This document shows, in pieces, positions 1 to 11,600 of a DNA stretch of 64,000 nucleotides (position 1 is its first letter; each line of letters starts with the position of its first letter). A program made the translations under genes and the position numbers. Origin of the DNA: Takakia lepidozioides. Taxonomy: Eukaryota; Plantae; Bryophyta. The stretch is from assembly GCA_030704615.1 (NCBI GenBank), contig CM060731.1:95480001-95544000 (forward strand), in the 5' to 3' direction. The notes below the pieces were generated by a model. The model was given only the letters and a program-made list of their open reading frames with translations, searched no databases and was not told where the DNA came from.

Positions 1-2346
1 CGCCTTCCTCAATCTCGTTATCTCCAGCCTTCTGGTCAGAGCAGTTAGGAAATTTTCATTAACACACTCCACAATTGTGGGTGTTTTGAGGACTTCCCTG
101 CCCGCAATGTGCACCGCACGGTAGGGTCTGCCAAGTGCATCCTCGTATAGTGATCTCTTCGCAGCCGACCCCCCGGAGCGCTGGCCCTTGTGAATTTTCG
201 GACGAGGTATGGCCCCCTGGGTGTTTTCCTGCTGGAAATCGTCGTCGGAATCCTCCTCATCTGGCTGACTGTGTTGCTACTTCTTCTTCTTGGGTGTGGG
301 GGTCTTCGTCTCTTGCCCCTGTTTGCGCGTTCTTTTCTTCCTGTCCTTGGGCTGCTCAGCTGCCTGCTTCTCCATCTGCTCCTTCGCCAACGCTGCCGCC
401 TTGGCTGACTTTCTCAGTGCTTTCTGCTTGGCTGCCTCCTCTGCTTTCAGTCTTTCCGCGTCCTCTGGTTGGGGATCCGATTGCGCCTTCATAGCCCTGG
501 CATTCGCTTCCTTCTTCAAGTTAACCTCCGAGAGGTCAACGGTCCCACTTGGGAGATCCACATACCAGGGGCAGTCTACCAAATGCTCAGCATGCCACTC
601 CTTCGCCATTACTTCTATGTACATCGTTCCACGACCTCCAGGTGTCCTCCACGCCAGGAAGAATGGTGGAACCCTTTGAATGGCTCCGGACGGAATGAGT
701 GCAAAGTTTATGTACCTGCAATCACGAGGCAATTCAACAAAAATCATTCTACCGATGCATCATGCAAGTGGAAGTTGTCAATGCACAAGGTATTTCGGCA
801 CCGAAATACGGAGTGGACCGTGCCCCAATTACCCAGAACTCACATCTTGCAGAGGTATATTTCTTGCAGAGGTATATTTCGACGCGTCCGCCTTGTTGGG
901 GGCATCATTCTCAAAGAACTGCCTTTTGGCATAGGCCAAGTCATCCCTGATGTTCGTCTGCATTCCCATACCCAGCAGATACAGTCAGGCCACGGATCCC
1001 TGCAACAAATAACATTAAATTGATACTGAAATTTGAGATGAACCTCACCGAATAGAGGATCTCCACCATGGCGTCCAGTGTTGGTCGGTACCAGGTGCGA
1101 TCTGCTTTCGCTAGGGACTTCCTGTACAGCTCGGGATCGAGGGACTTTTGGAAGTCCGTCAGCGGAGCTGTCCCCACTTCTTGCACTCTGTAGAGCGTAT
1201 GTGCCAGATGAGTTTCCACGAAGGCCCTCTCTGTTACCCTGCCATGGAGAAAAAAAACAACATGAAAATATGATTTCGGCACAGCAATCCAATTTCCAGT
1301 TCATAGAGTGCATGACAGTGGTGAACATTGCCTATTTCGGCGCCGCAATAGGCAGTACACAAGGATGTAATTGTATACTTACAGATTTATATCCGCCATG
1401 GCACCCTTCAACAGTCCTCTGTCCCTGACGTCCACCTTCACGACAATGCAGTCCACCATGTAATGCCAACTGATATCTTGCGGATGCATTTCAGCAATGT
1501 ACTCTGTCCAGGCAAGCATCATGTGGTTCCCGTCCCAAACGAAGAACATCTTCCCTTCCATGTGTGCGAATGTGGGATTAGTCTTCAGATAGGCTTCAAA
1601 CTCGGCATTAACAGTGTGCTAGTGGGGGCCCCAATTCTGAAGCTCCTCTGCAGTGGGGCCCCTTGTGACACCCTGGTCATTCTCAATGGAAACGTAGAAT
1701 GCTGCCGACCCCCGTCTGTACCCTTCTCTGAAGTTGTGCTTCAGTCGATCGATATCCCCTGGCAGTGCTTGCCTACAACTGGAAGGCTTACCATGCGACA
1801 CAAAGGAACTTTGAGGTTCTCCGGATACACCATGGAGCCCAAAACGCGGCCTATGTTGCTATGAGTCTCTGCCGGCAACCTGTTTGCTGCTATGTTCATG
1901 TCTCGTGCGCTCATGAGCATACCCGCCACCAGTTTCTTACTTGTATCACCTCTGTCACTTCCCTCACCCCTCTCACCAGCCTGTGTACTGTCCTGGAGGT
2001 TTTGCTCCTCCGCAAGCTCCAGCAGGTTCTGATCGTCGCCAAGTCGTACCACGTTATCGTCCTCTCTTTCTGTCAGTTGAATGGGCCGCCTTTCTGCAGA
2101 TCCGACTCCCACATCTCCAGCGGCCTCCACCGCATCTGTGTTTTCTGAAATTGACTGCAAACTCAATATCTCCGCTTCCAGTCTCCCTAGGGGTTTTACT
2201 GGCGAAGCCATGGGCTCCTTCTGCTTTCTCGGCTTCCGAACTCTAGGTGGGCTTTTCGGAGGCGATATTTGAGGTGTTGAATGAGGACTCGTCTGCCTCG
2301 ATGCACTTCCACCTTGTGAGCGCAGCACCCGGGCAGGAGTATCCAA
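1..2346 (-). pseudogene. ParB-like/DNA methyltransferase-like multi-exon gene of E1 (5' half), disrupted
   Basis: Exon peptides homologous to E2: THSNIGRVLGSMVYP, PGDIDRLKHNFREGY, FVWDGNH, KADRTWYR, RYINF..PPFFLAW..CPWYVDLP. Frameshift near 1770-1800, TGG>TAG at 1619-1621, several exons deleted near 850-880. Confidence 0.8.
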
Positions 2347-2899
2347 GTTGACTGTGTTGCCTCGCCCCCCTGCGATCCCTCCCCAGCTCCCATGTCAAAC
2401 AAACAGGAAAACATGAGACACTGCACGCCAAAAAAAAGGTGTAAAAGGAATATTGCGTATGGAGTGCTTCACATCCGCGAAGCACGAATCTCTCACTGGT
2501 GGGCGATCCGAGTCTCCGGATAACGAGGTTTGCATTTCATGCATGAGATGGAGCTTAAGTCGTGTCGTCGGCGGCTTCCCAAATCCCGCGTCCTCCTCTT
2601 TGCCGGAGTCGCCTGACCTTCCACAAACTCTATGCTACCACTATGCCGCATAAGGAGAGGAAACGCAGGAGAACATCCCTGCAGAAGGGCAAGGAGCGAG
2701 AGAGCGAAGCGGTGGAACATGCAACCACTATGCACGAGCAGATGCGTAAGCAGCCACGTCTCCCGAAGCGTTGCCACCGTCCAACACTTTTTGCCGTATG
2801 GGTGATGAAGAGATTGTGACCCCTGACATGTTCGCACGGATGAAGTCGACTGGAACACGACGCGTGCCAGTTCCAGCCACCAGTACAAGACGGTTTATC

Positions 2900-3780
2900 C
2901 GAATTGCGGCACCGAAATACCTTCCGTACACCGGATGCTGTTCCCGGAGCAGCCGGCATTGAATGAAATATCCGCACATCATGAAACCCAACCGCCAAGA
3001 AAATCCCCTGCCTATGACATTCAACAGTCAGATCGGTACGTTTTCAACAGCGGACGGATGAATTTCGGCGCCGAAATTCATCCTATTCAAGTGCTTTCAT
3101 ACGCAAACTTACGAATTTCGGCGCCGCAATTCATCGCTTCCGAAGTCCTCATCCGTCATGAGCAAACCTGTCAGTGGGATATCGGAGCCTGAATTAATTC
3201 CGGGACAGTGAAAACGGTTGCACTTGGGCACATTCATCCATATTTCGGCGCCGAAATTCATTACGAATATCTCCGTCCGCGCGTAGACGAGGTGAAATCA
3301 TCATTATTTCGGCGCCGAAATTCATCCAGAGCGAAGACTAAATTGGCACCATGCTACGCTTTGCCGCCATCATTGCCCCTGACGGATGCTGTCCATGCCT
3401 ATTGGACTTGTCATTTGTGGACATTTAACTATAATTTCGGCGCCGAAATTATACTTTATGTGCGGCAACGTCCCGTGCGAAAAAGACCACTTAATGGATA
3501 CTGTCGGTTTCAAATGAAAAAAACGGCTAAAATGCAATTAATTTTGACAGAAGTGGTTTAATATGCCGATTTCTCCATTAAATGCAAAATATTCCTGTTA
3601 TATTCGTCGGAACGGGGTATTTCCAACGATTTACGGAAAATTATCATCCAAAAGCAAAAAGTAAGTGTCGGGTTTGGACGAATTTCGGCGCCGAAATTCA
3701 TCCGTCGCATAGAAAATGTAATATTAGAGTTACTCATTGCGGACAGTAAGGATGAATTTCGGCGCCGAAATTGATCCATT
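2900..3780. repeat. Dispersed palindrome array, E1 type (ATGAATTTCGGCGCCGAAATTCAT)
   Basis: Perfect 24-bp palindrome at 3058-3081; variants near 2900, 3115, 3242, 3306, 3434, 3680 and 3753, plus intronic copies near 791 and 1333. Confidence 0.9.
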
Positions 3781-3813
3781 TCAAAGAAAAATAAATATTG
3801 GAGGGAGGGCATT

Positions 3814-4313
3814 NNNNNNNNNNNNNNNNNNNNNNNNNNNNNNNNNNNNNNNNNNNNNNNNNNNNNNNNNNNNNNNNNNNNNNNNNNNNNNNNNNNNNNN
3901 NNNNNNNNNNNNNNNNNNNNNNNNNNNNNNNNNNNNNNNNNNNNNNNNNNNNNNNNNNNNNNNNNNNNNNNNNNNNNNNNNNNNNNNNNNNNNNNNNNNN
4001 NNNNNNNNNNNNNNNNNNNNNNNNNNNNNNNNNNNNNNNNNNNNNNNNNNNNNNNNNNNNNNNNNNNNNNNNNNNNNNNNNNNNNNNNNNNNNNNNNNNN
4101 NNNNNNNNNNNNNNNNNNNNNNNNNNNNNNNNNNNNNNNNNNNNNNNNNNNNNNNNNNNNNNNNNNNNNNNNNNNNNNNNNNNNNNNNNNNNNNNNNNNN
4201 NNNNNNNNNNNNNNNNNNNNNNNNNNNNNNNNNNNNNNNNNNNNNNNNNNNNNNNNNNNNNNNNNNNNNNNNNNNNNNNNNNNNNNNNNNNNNNNNNNNN
4301 NNNNNNNNNNNNN
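3814..4313. other. Assembly gap (500 N)
   Basis: Run of N. Confidence 1.
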
Positions 4314-5267
4314 AGATCGCCGTCGCCTTCAACCGGGGATTTCGTGCAACAAATTCCCACCGCTCCCTTGCCCCACATTCCGCCCGCTGTTATGCAGTAT
4401 GGCCAAGCCATTGTGGAGACGACTGTGTCTGCCTCACAGTGGAGAATTGCTCGCACAAAGCCGTCGTTTCGAGGAAGGTGTTCCGCAATTCGTGTGGATA
4501 CACGGCAATGTTGTTTAGAGATGATAAGGAGGAATCCAGATGGGGCTGTCCCTGCTCCTACTTTTACAGGAAGATTTGTCCATGCAAAGTTTGCGGAGGC
4601 GACAACCACGCAGTTCTGGTTCTGCAGGCACGACATTATGACTTGCGTGTATGGAAAGCCCAAGTACGGCATACAAACAATGCCAGAGGCTCCCCCGGTG
4701 TGGCCGGTGGAACCAGGCTGCGATGTGAGTCAGGTTGAGGCCGACGCCCTTACCGCCGCAGGATTTCGGATGGTGCAGTGCACTGACGTCCCCAGACAAC
4801 CATTTCCGCTTCCACAGCCTCCACCACCGACCCCTGTGAGAGCAAGAACAATGGGACACGACAGCTCTAAGCATCCTACACACCGTTGGGGGAAACCGAA
4901 GAGGCGGCGACCTCCCTCAAAAGTGAACGAGACAAGGATGGGGAATGCACTTTGGATGAACTGTACAATCCAGAGCTCGACAGAAGTGCCCCCACCAGGA
5001 TTCGGGCGTGTGTATCAAATGGCCACGGCGGGCTCAGCTGTTCGCAATGAGGTGTACACCATCACCATTTCAGAATTACCCACCTGCAATTGCACCGACT
5101 TCCAGATCATGGCGAACAAGGGGGCATCATACTGCCCTTGCAAGCATTTGTACTACGTGTACCTAAAGAGACTCCGTTGTAATTCCACAACTCATCACTT
5201 CATACATGCACCAGGGTTGAGCCCCCAGGAGGTTCACACTCTTCTGAATATGGATCCAGGGGACTAG
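4314..5267 (+). CDS. MULE transposase C-terminal part with SWIM zinc finger (E1)
   Basis: CNCTDF...CPCKHLYYV (CxC...CxH, SWIM). Colinear with the E2 transposase C-terminus (WRIART, FWFCRHDIMTCV). The 5' part is lost in the gap. Confidence 0.85.
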   Translation, partial: RSPSPSTGDFVQQIPTAPLPHIPPAVMQYGQAIVETTVSASQWRIARTKPSFRGRCSAIRVDTRQCCLEMIRRNPDGAVPAPTFTGRFVHAKFAEATTTQFWFCRHDIMTCVYGKPKYGIQTMPEAPPVWPVEPGCDVSQVEADALTAAGFRMVQCTDVPRQPFPLPQPPPPTPVRARTMGHDSSKHPTHRWGKPKRRRPPSKVNETRMGNALWMNCTIQSSTEVPPPGFGRVYQMATAGSAVRNEVYTITISELPTCNCTDFQIMANKGASYCPCKHLYYVYLKRLRCNSTTHHFIHAPGLSPQEVHTLLNMDPGD

Positions 5268-6047
5268 TGAGCTTGGCTTGCGGTCCACATACAATGGTAC
5301 GCCCATCCTTTTCGGATAGTAGAACTGTACTGCTGCCAGTACCTCAGACTCTGGCCACAGAAAGGTCCAACATATGTCTTGCCTACCAGTAACCTGTTTT
5401 GCTCGAACTAAGATATTACTATATCGTTCACTTGTTTCCACGTGCATGTATTTTTGTATGTTGGAGGGTTCATGTTTTTCTGCTTTCCGAAAACTTGCTT
5501 TCCTCATTCGACCTCCGACAAGGAAATGCGGCGCCGAATTTCCAAGTATCGTCGTAGGTACCCCCAGAGGCGGCCTTCGCCAACACCAAACCGCTCCGAA
5601 ATTTTGCACGTGCGAACCCTAATGCGGCACCCTATTTCCCAGTTCAGTTGCAAACCTTTCCCGCCGAATACCCGAAGAAGACAGAATTGTGAAGTACTGC
5701 AGACTGTATTGGTGCAGACTCCATTGGTTCAATCGCGGCAAAAGGGTCAGCTTCATTCCAATGTTAAGGCATGTAAAACCGCGGAATACTCTATACAGGC
5801 CAGTATGCGACGTCCTTTTGCAGTGGTATACTGGATTTCCCGTTGCACGGTCACTTATTTCCATGAGCGGATCTAAAAAACCATGAGCGGACTTGTTACT
5901 GACGACATATCTTCGCCGCATTACATGATCTGGAACGTCCAAAAACGGCAAGGTCAAATAAAAAACTATTATTTTAATACTTGTTTAATCTGCCGCATTT
6001 CCAAATTTGGAGGAGTCCGCTCATGAAATCCGCGTATCTTAGACTTC

Positions 6048-6121
6048 GGCTCACCGCTCATGCGGCTCATGCGGCTCATGGCTCATGGCTCATGGTTTCT
6101 GCTCATGAAATAGTAAACCTC
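6048..6121. repeat. E1 right terminus: short TIR plus GCTCATG subterminal array
   Basis: (GCTCATG)n then GAAATAGTAAACCTC. Confidence 0.85.
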
Positions 6122-8456
6122 CCATAAACTAATAGGAATGGTGTATACTTAGTGGTGACTTTATATGAAGTCCTGTATGACCACAAAGCTGTCAACAGCT
6201 TTGTATCCCAATCCGTTCTGTTTGCATTGACTATCTTAGCCAAGATAGTACATAGTATTTTGTTGGTAGCCTCTGCCTGTCCATTACCCTGTGGGTAATA
6301 TGTTGTACTTTTCCTATGCACAATCATGAATTCTTTAGTCAATAATTCAATGGTCTCATTAATGAAGTGACTTCCCTGATCACTGATAAATTCTAAGGGA
6401 CAGCCAAATCGTGTAAGTATGTTCTCATACAGGAACCTTGCTGTGGACTTGGCTGTGTTGTCCCTCAAAGCTTTAGCTTCCACCCACTTCGTAGTATAAT
6501 CAGTGGCTGTAATTATGTACCTATTTCGTGTATTCTTGGCTGGTGGGTTAATCGGTCCAACAAAGTCTAGTCCCCATTTCTGAAATGGTTCCGTAGGCAT
6601 TGTAGGATGCAAGGCCATCCTTCCAGATCTCTGCAAATGTCCTAGCCTCTGACATTCATCACAACTCTGACAATACTCGTGTACATCTTTGAACAAAGTA
6701 GGCCACCAGTAACCTGCGAGTAGTATCTTCCTACTGGTAGTCTCTTCTCCAAAATGACCTCCAGCCACTCCTTTATGAACTTCCTCCAAAACTTTATTTA
6801 CTTCATGGTGGTACAAGCATCGTTTTAGTACTCCATCAGGTCCTAGCTTATACATTCTGCTTCCTACCATAGTATAAGGTAAAGCTTTGATAGCGATTCT
6901 TTTCCTCTGCTCCTTACCATAACTAGGTGGGCATTGACCATGAGTAAGGTAGTATCTGATTGGCCACTGCCAATCTAACCATTCATCTGCACTTCCTTGC
7001 ACCTCCATTATAAATAAACTCGCATCAGGTAACTGATCGTCCACTCCTGTGGCGGCCTCTCCTGTTGTTAGTCGTGACAAATGATCTGCTACAAGATGCA
7101 AACGGCCAGGCTTGTAAATAACCTTGAACTCAAACTCATGCAAGATTATTAACCACCTCGCTATCCTTCCGCTTATCAAAGGTTTGTTCACCAGATATAT
7201 CAGAGCCTGGTGATCCACATAAAACATAAACTTTCTTCCCAATAAATCATTGCCAGTGCTTCTCTTTTAGTTGTGCTATAGTTCCTTTCAGCACTGTTCA
7301 TCAACCTGCTAGCATAGTACACAGGTGAATCTATATTTCCTGTAACATTCTGGGCTAACACCGCTCCCAACGCTTCTCCTGATGCATCGCAGTGAACATG
7401 AAATACTACATGCCAGTGAGGATTAATCAGCACAGGTGTAGTTGTTACTGACAGTGTAAGTTCCTCAAACGCCTATTGACATTCAGCTGTCCAGGCAAAC
7501 ACTGCATCTTTCTTCAGAAGCTTGCTCAATGGTGCTGCTATTTGTGCATACCTTTTGACAAATCTTCTGTAATAACTGGTTTGCCCAAGGAATCTCCTTA
7601 GACTCTTAATATTCACTGGTGGTGGAGAGGCTGTAATGGACTCTGTCTTCCTGAGATCCACAAGAAGTCCCTTCTTACACACAATGTGTCCCAGAAGCAC
7701 CCCTGAGTTCACACAGAAAGTACACTTCTCTGGATTCAAGCCCAAACCTCTCATCCTGCATCTGGCCAGACATAACTCCAATTTATGCAAGTGCTCATTC
7801 TTAGAGCTGTACACATTGAAATCATCCAAGAACACCTGCATGAAATCATCCAGATACTCATGAAAAGATTCACTTATTACTCTCTGAAAGGTTGCTGGTG
7901 CATTACAAAGTCCAAAGGGCATGACTTTGTATGCATAAGCACCCCAGTCTGTGATGAAAGCTGTCTTTCCTTGATCTTCTTCTGCCACTTGCACTTGATT
8001 ATAACCACTGAACCCATCCATGAATGAGTACATCTCATGGCCTGCCACCGTGTCCAATACTGCTTCTGTGAATGGCAAAGGGAAAGGATCTTTCTTCGTA
8101 CAAGCATTCAGCTTCTTGTAGTTCACACATACTCTTAGTTTACCATTCTTCTTGGGAACTATAACAATGGGTGACAACCAAGTTGTATACTCTATTGGGT
8201 ATATAAACTTAGCCTCAACCAACTTCTTAATCTCTTCTCCAACCTTCTGTGCGTAGTTGGGATTCATTCTATACCTCGCCTGCTTGATTGGTACTGACCC
8301 TGGTTCCAGTTCAATCTTATGCTGACAGACTTCAGGTGGTATCCCTTTTAGATCCTCATAGCTCCAAGCAAATACATCTCTGTATTTGATGAACAAGCTT
8401 TTAGCTTCTTCAAAGAATTCCGGCTCCAAATCAGCTCCTACTTTCACCATCCTCGG
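6122..8456 (-). pseudogene. Gypsy A pol: RT, RNase H, integrase
   Basis: MPFGLCNAPATFQR, FLDD, CDASGEALGAVL, H..GGHFG..C..C, WGLDFVGP, ISDQGSHF, GNGQAE; contains a stop and a frameshift. Confidence 0.92.
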
Positions 8457-8676
8457 GGGGGCTGCTATTTCATGAGCGGCATGAGCATGAGCGGAAAAAA
8501 AAAAAGCATGAGCAGACCATTGTGAGTCCACGGAAATAGGGTTAGGAGGCACGGAAATAGGGTCATGTGAAGTTGGAATGTGGCAGCAGTGGACTTGAAA
8601 TGCAACATTTTATTGCAAATTTTGTGCAAGCCACGTCTATACAAGTGTGTTCTAACTGTCATAGCCGGAATGGGCA

Positions 8677-11600
8677 CTACTCTCCTACACCCTCCGAGGA
8701 ACTTGCCCCACCTTCTTCCTCATCCCCCTCATCCTCCGAGCTCTGTGATGCATCAGTTCCACTATGCCTCTCAAAAATCCCGTCCTCTCCTTGGGGGACT
8801 GTCCACCTCACCTCCTGGGAATCTTCTGCGTCTTCTCCCCCACTTTCCTCAGCAGAATCCAACACAAATCTACGAGCTCGACGGGCTCTAATAGCTGCTG
8901 CCTCCTCCCTCATCTTCATTTTCTTGAGGCTTGCCTCGTCTAAAATCTGCTGTACACGACTACGTTCGGAACACCTCCTAATGGACACCGAAGCAAGCCG
9001 GGCAGCATAAGTAGGAAGGATGTACTCCCTTTCTGGACTAGGCATGAAATCCCCCCTGGCAAAAAAAGGCACGTTCCTCCTGCCCATGAACTCCGGTGTA
9101 GACGTCCCTCCGGCAGTACTTGGCATCCTACAGTAAGAACAAATCCACTTGAAGAATGTCAATACCAGCACAACCAGAAAGGGTTTTCAATGAAATAAGA
9201 GAGCGGAGGGAGGTGCCTCACAAAATCTGGAGGCAACTTACAATGCCACCACTCACTCGTAAACCGGGGCTCCTCGGCCTCGATCCCAACTTCCTCCCCC
9301 TGCTCCTTCTCGGATTTTTCCTCATCCTCCGAGGATGCCTCTTCCTCTTTCGGCAGACGTTCAGCCGCTGCAAGTTCCGAGTTGTGGAGGGCAGTATCTG
9401 GCTCGAAGGCGAACACATGCCTGTCGGACAACGTCCCTGCCCACATTGAAGCACCTGAGGAACAAAGCGGGCGGTTAATAGCTTGCGGCATGCAATTGCA
9501 ATGGGGCCAGGGGACAAACTGAGCACGTGAAGGCTTACCCGTGCCGCATGTGAGGTCCAGAATCCGCCCTTGGACATCCGAGCACGTCTCCATGAGGGTT
9601 TGGATGAAAGCAGGGCTCCGGGTCCGGCTGTACCGCCACGGTTTGCCTGTCTTTGTGTCCTTCGGCATACTAGAGTGGGGCACATAGTTGTAGAGGACAT
9701 CGTAGGTTACAGGGTCCACAGCGGCATCAACAAGACGACCGTCGTTGCGGAATTTGAACGTAGACCCTCTCTTCACAAAGCAATATGCCTCAAACACCAA
9801 TGTCTGCACATCCAACAAAGAAGGGATCAATTCCAGGGTCTACTTAACATACACCACAATATGAAGTGAATGCAATAGATTGATAACTTACACTTTGGCC
9901 CTCTGTTCGCAACCCCTGCATACTGATGCAGAACCATTTTCTGAGGAGGACCGGGGTGACACTTTTCGGTGTCCACCTTGCCACCGCATTCTCTGTGGTC
10001 TTCCCTCTCGTGGCAAGGACAACCACACATCCACCGTCATCCAGAAGCATCCCCGCCAGCCCAAACCCGGCTTTCCAGTAGTCCTCAGTAAACCTGTTCC
10101 AGGTGGGCACACCATCCAGGCCCTCCAGCAGCTCCCCATCTGGAATGTCGAGGAGAATCATGTCGCAAGCTCTCTCCACCTCAACCCCCCCCCGAGTGCT
10201 CTTGCAATTCGTGCTCACAGCCGTGAAGAATTCCATCATGGCTTCAAAACCAGGGGTGTCTTTAGGCTCTGTACCGGCAGCCCTCTTCTTGGCTTTCCCC
10301 TTCTGCTCCGCCAGAGACGTGTTGTGTGCCACCTTCTTCGCCCTGGCAACGAGAGCGTCAAGGAAGCTCTCATTGACGCATTGGATGATGGTTGGAGGTT
10401 CTAGCTTTGGCCTGTGCGTAAACGTCACCGCCGAATACCGCCGTGTAGGCTCGCCCTCAAATGCCAACTTCTTGGCAGAGCCAGTCCCACTCCGAACTGA
10501 CTTGGGAACCCGGACGACCGGTGACTGGGTAGGAGCAACAGCAGTCGCAGGACCTTGAACAAAATCGGCGTCGGAGTCACTCTCTTGGGTCCCCTCCTGC
10601 GCCTCCTCCGATGCCCCGATGGTTTTTTCTTCTTTTTGGGTGTTACTGCAGTCACCTGTTTCCTTGTCCTTTTCCTTTGACCTTTACTCTTCTCATGCAA
10701 TTTCTCCTGAATTCCTGCCTGAGCAAGCTCTGCCACTTTCCTGGAGTTCGCAAGCGCTTTTGCCTCTTTTGCACCCAACGGAGGCAGCGGAGCCCGGTTT
10801 CGTCGGAATTCAGCATCCAGCTTCAATTGAAACTCGGATGGGTCGAGCGAGCCGGGCGGAAGGTCCACATACCAAGGGCAATCACGCAAATGTTCCAGAT
10901 GCCACTCCTTCACAATATCGTCAGTGTACATGGAGTCAGCCCCAGGGTTCCTCCATGCCAGGAAGAATGGTGGCTCGAAAGACAGATGACCTTTCTCCAA
11001 AAGCGAGAACTTACAGTACCTGCATTCATGAAAAACACAATGAGGTCCGAAAATGGCTAAGTCTCTGAACGGCAATAGGGCCTACAACTGGAATATGGCG
11101 CCGAATTTCCACTTCAGGGCCACCCAGTCTAGGGACTTAGCCCGAAAATGGCTAAGTCCCTCGACGGCAATAGGGCCTAGAACTGGAAAACGGCGCCGAA
11201 TTTCCAGTTCCGGGCCAGCCACACTAGGGACTTAGGCCGAAAATGGCTAACTCCCTGAACGGCAATAGGGCCTAAAACTGGAATATGGCGCCGAATTTCC
11301 ACTTCAGGGCCAACCAGTCTAGGGACTTGGGCCGAAAATGGGTAAGTCCCTGAACGGCAATAGGGCCTGGAACTGGAAAATGGCGCCGAATTTCCAGTTC
11401 CGGGCCAGCCAGTCTAGGGACTTAGCCATTTTCGGAGCCCTGACTGGAAATTCGGCGCCATTTTCCCTAACACCACTTGAGGCCTCTAACATCCTGCAAT
11501 GCCAGGACTTGAAAGAAAGGCAGCGCGTATGTACCTGTACAGAAGGCGCATTGCTGCTTTGTCCGCGTTCGGCTGGTCGGTGAACTCGTGGCTCCGGCGA

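Larger units (their letters stand above)
1..6121. mobile_element. Large MULE copy E1 (subfamily A1); left part lies outside the window, internal assembly gap
   Basis: Right terminus ...GCTCATGAAATAGTAAACCTC (ends 6121) matches the E2 right end. Same layout as E2: ParB/MTase-like gene on -, transposase-SWIM on +. It interrupts a Gypsy integrase at TPFLLVYG. Confidence 0.85.
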
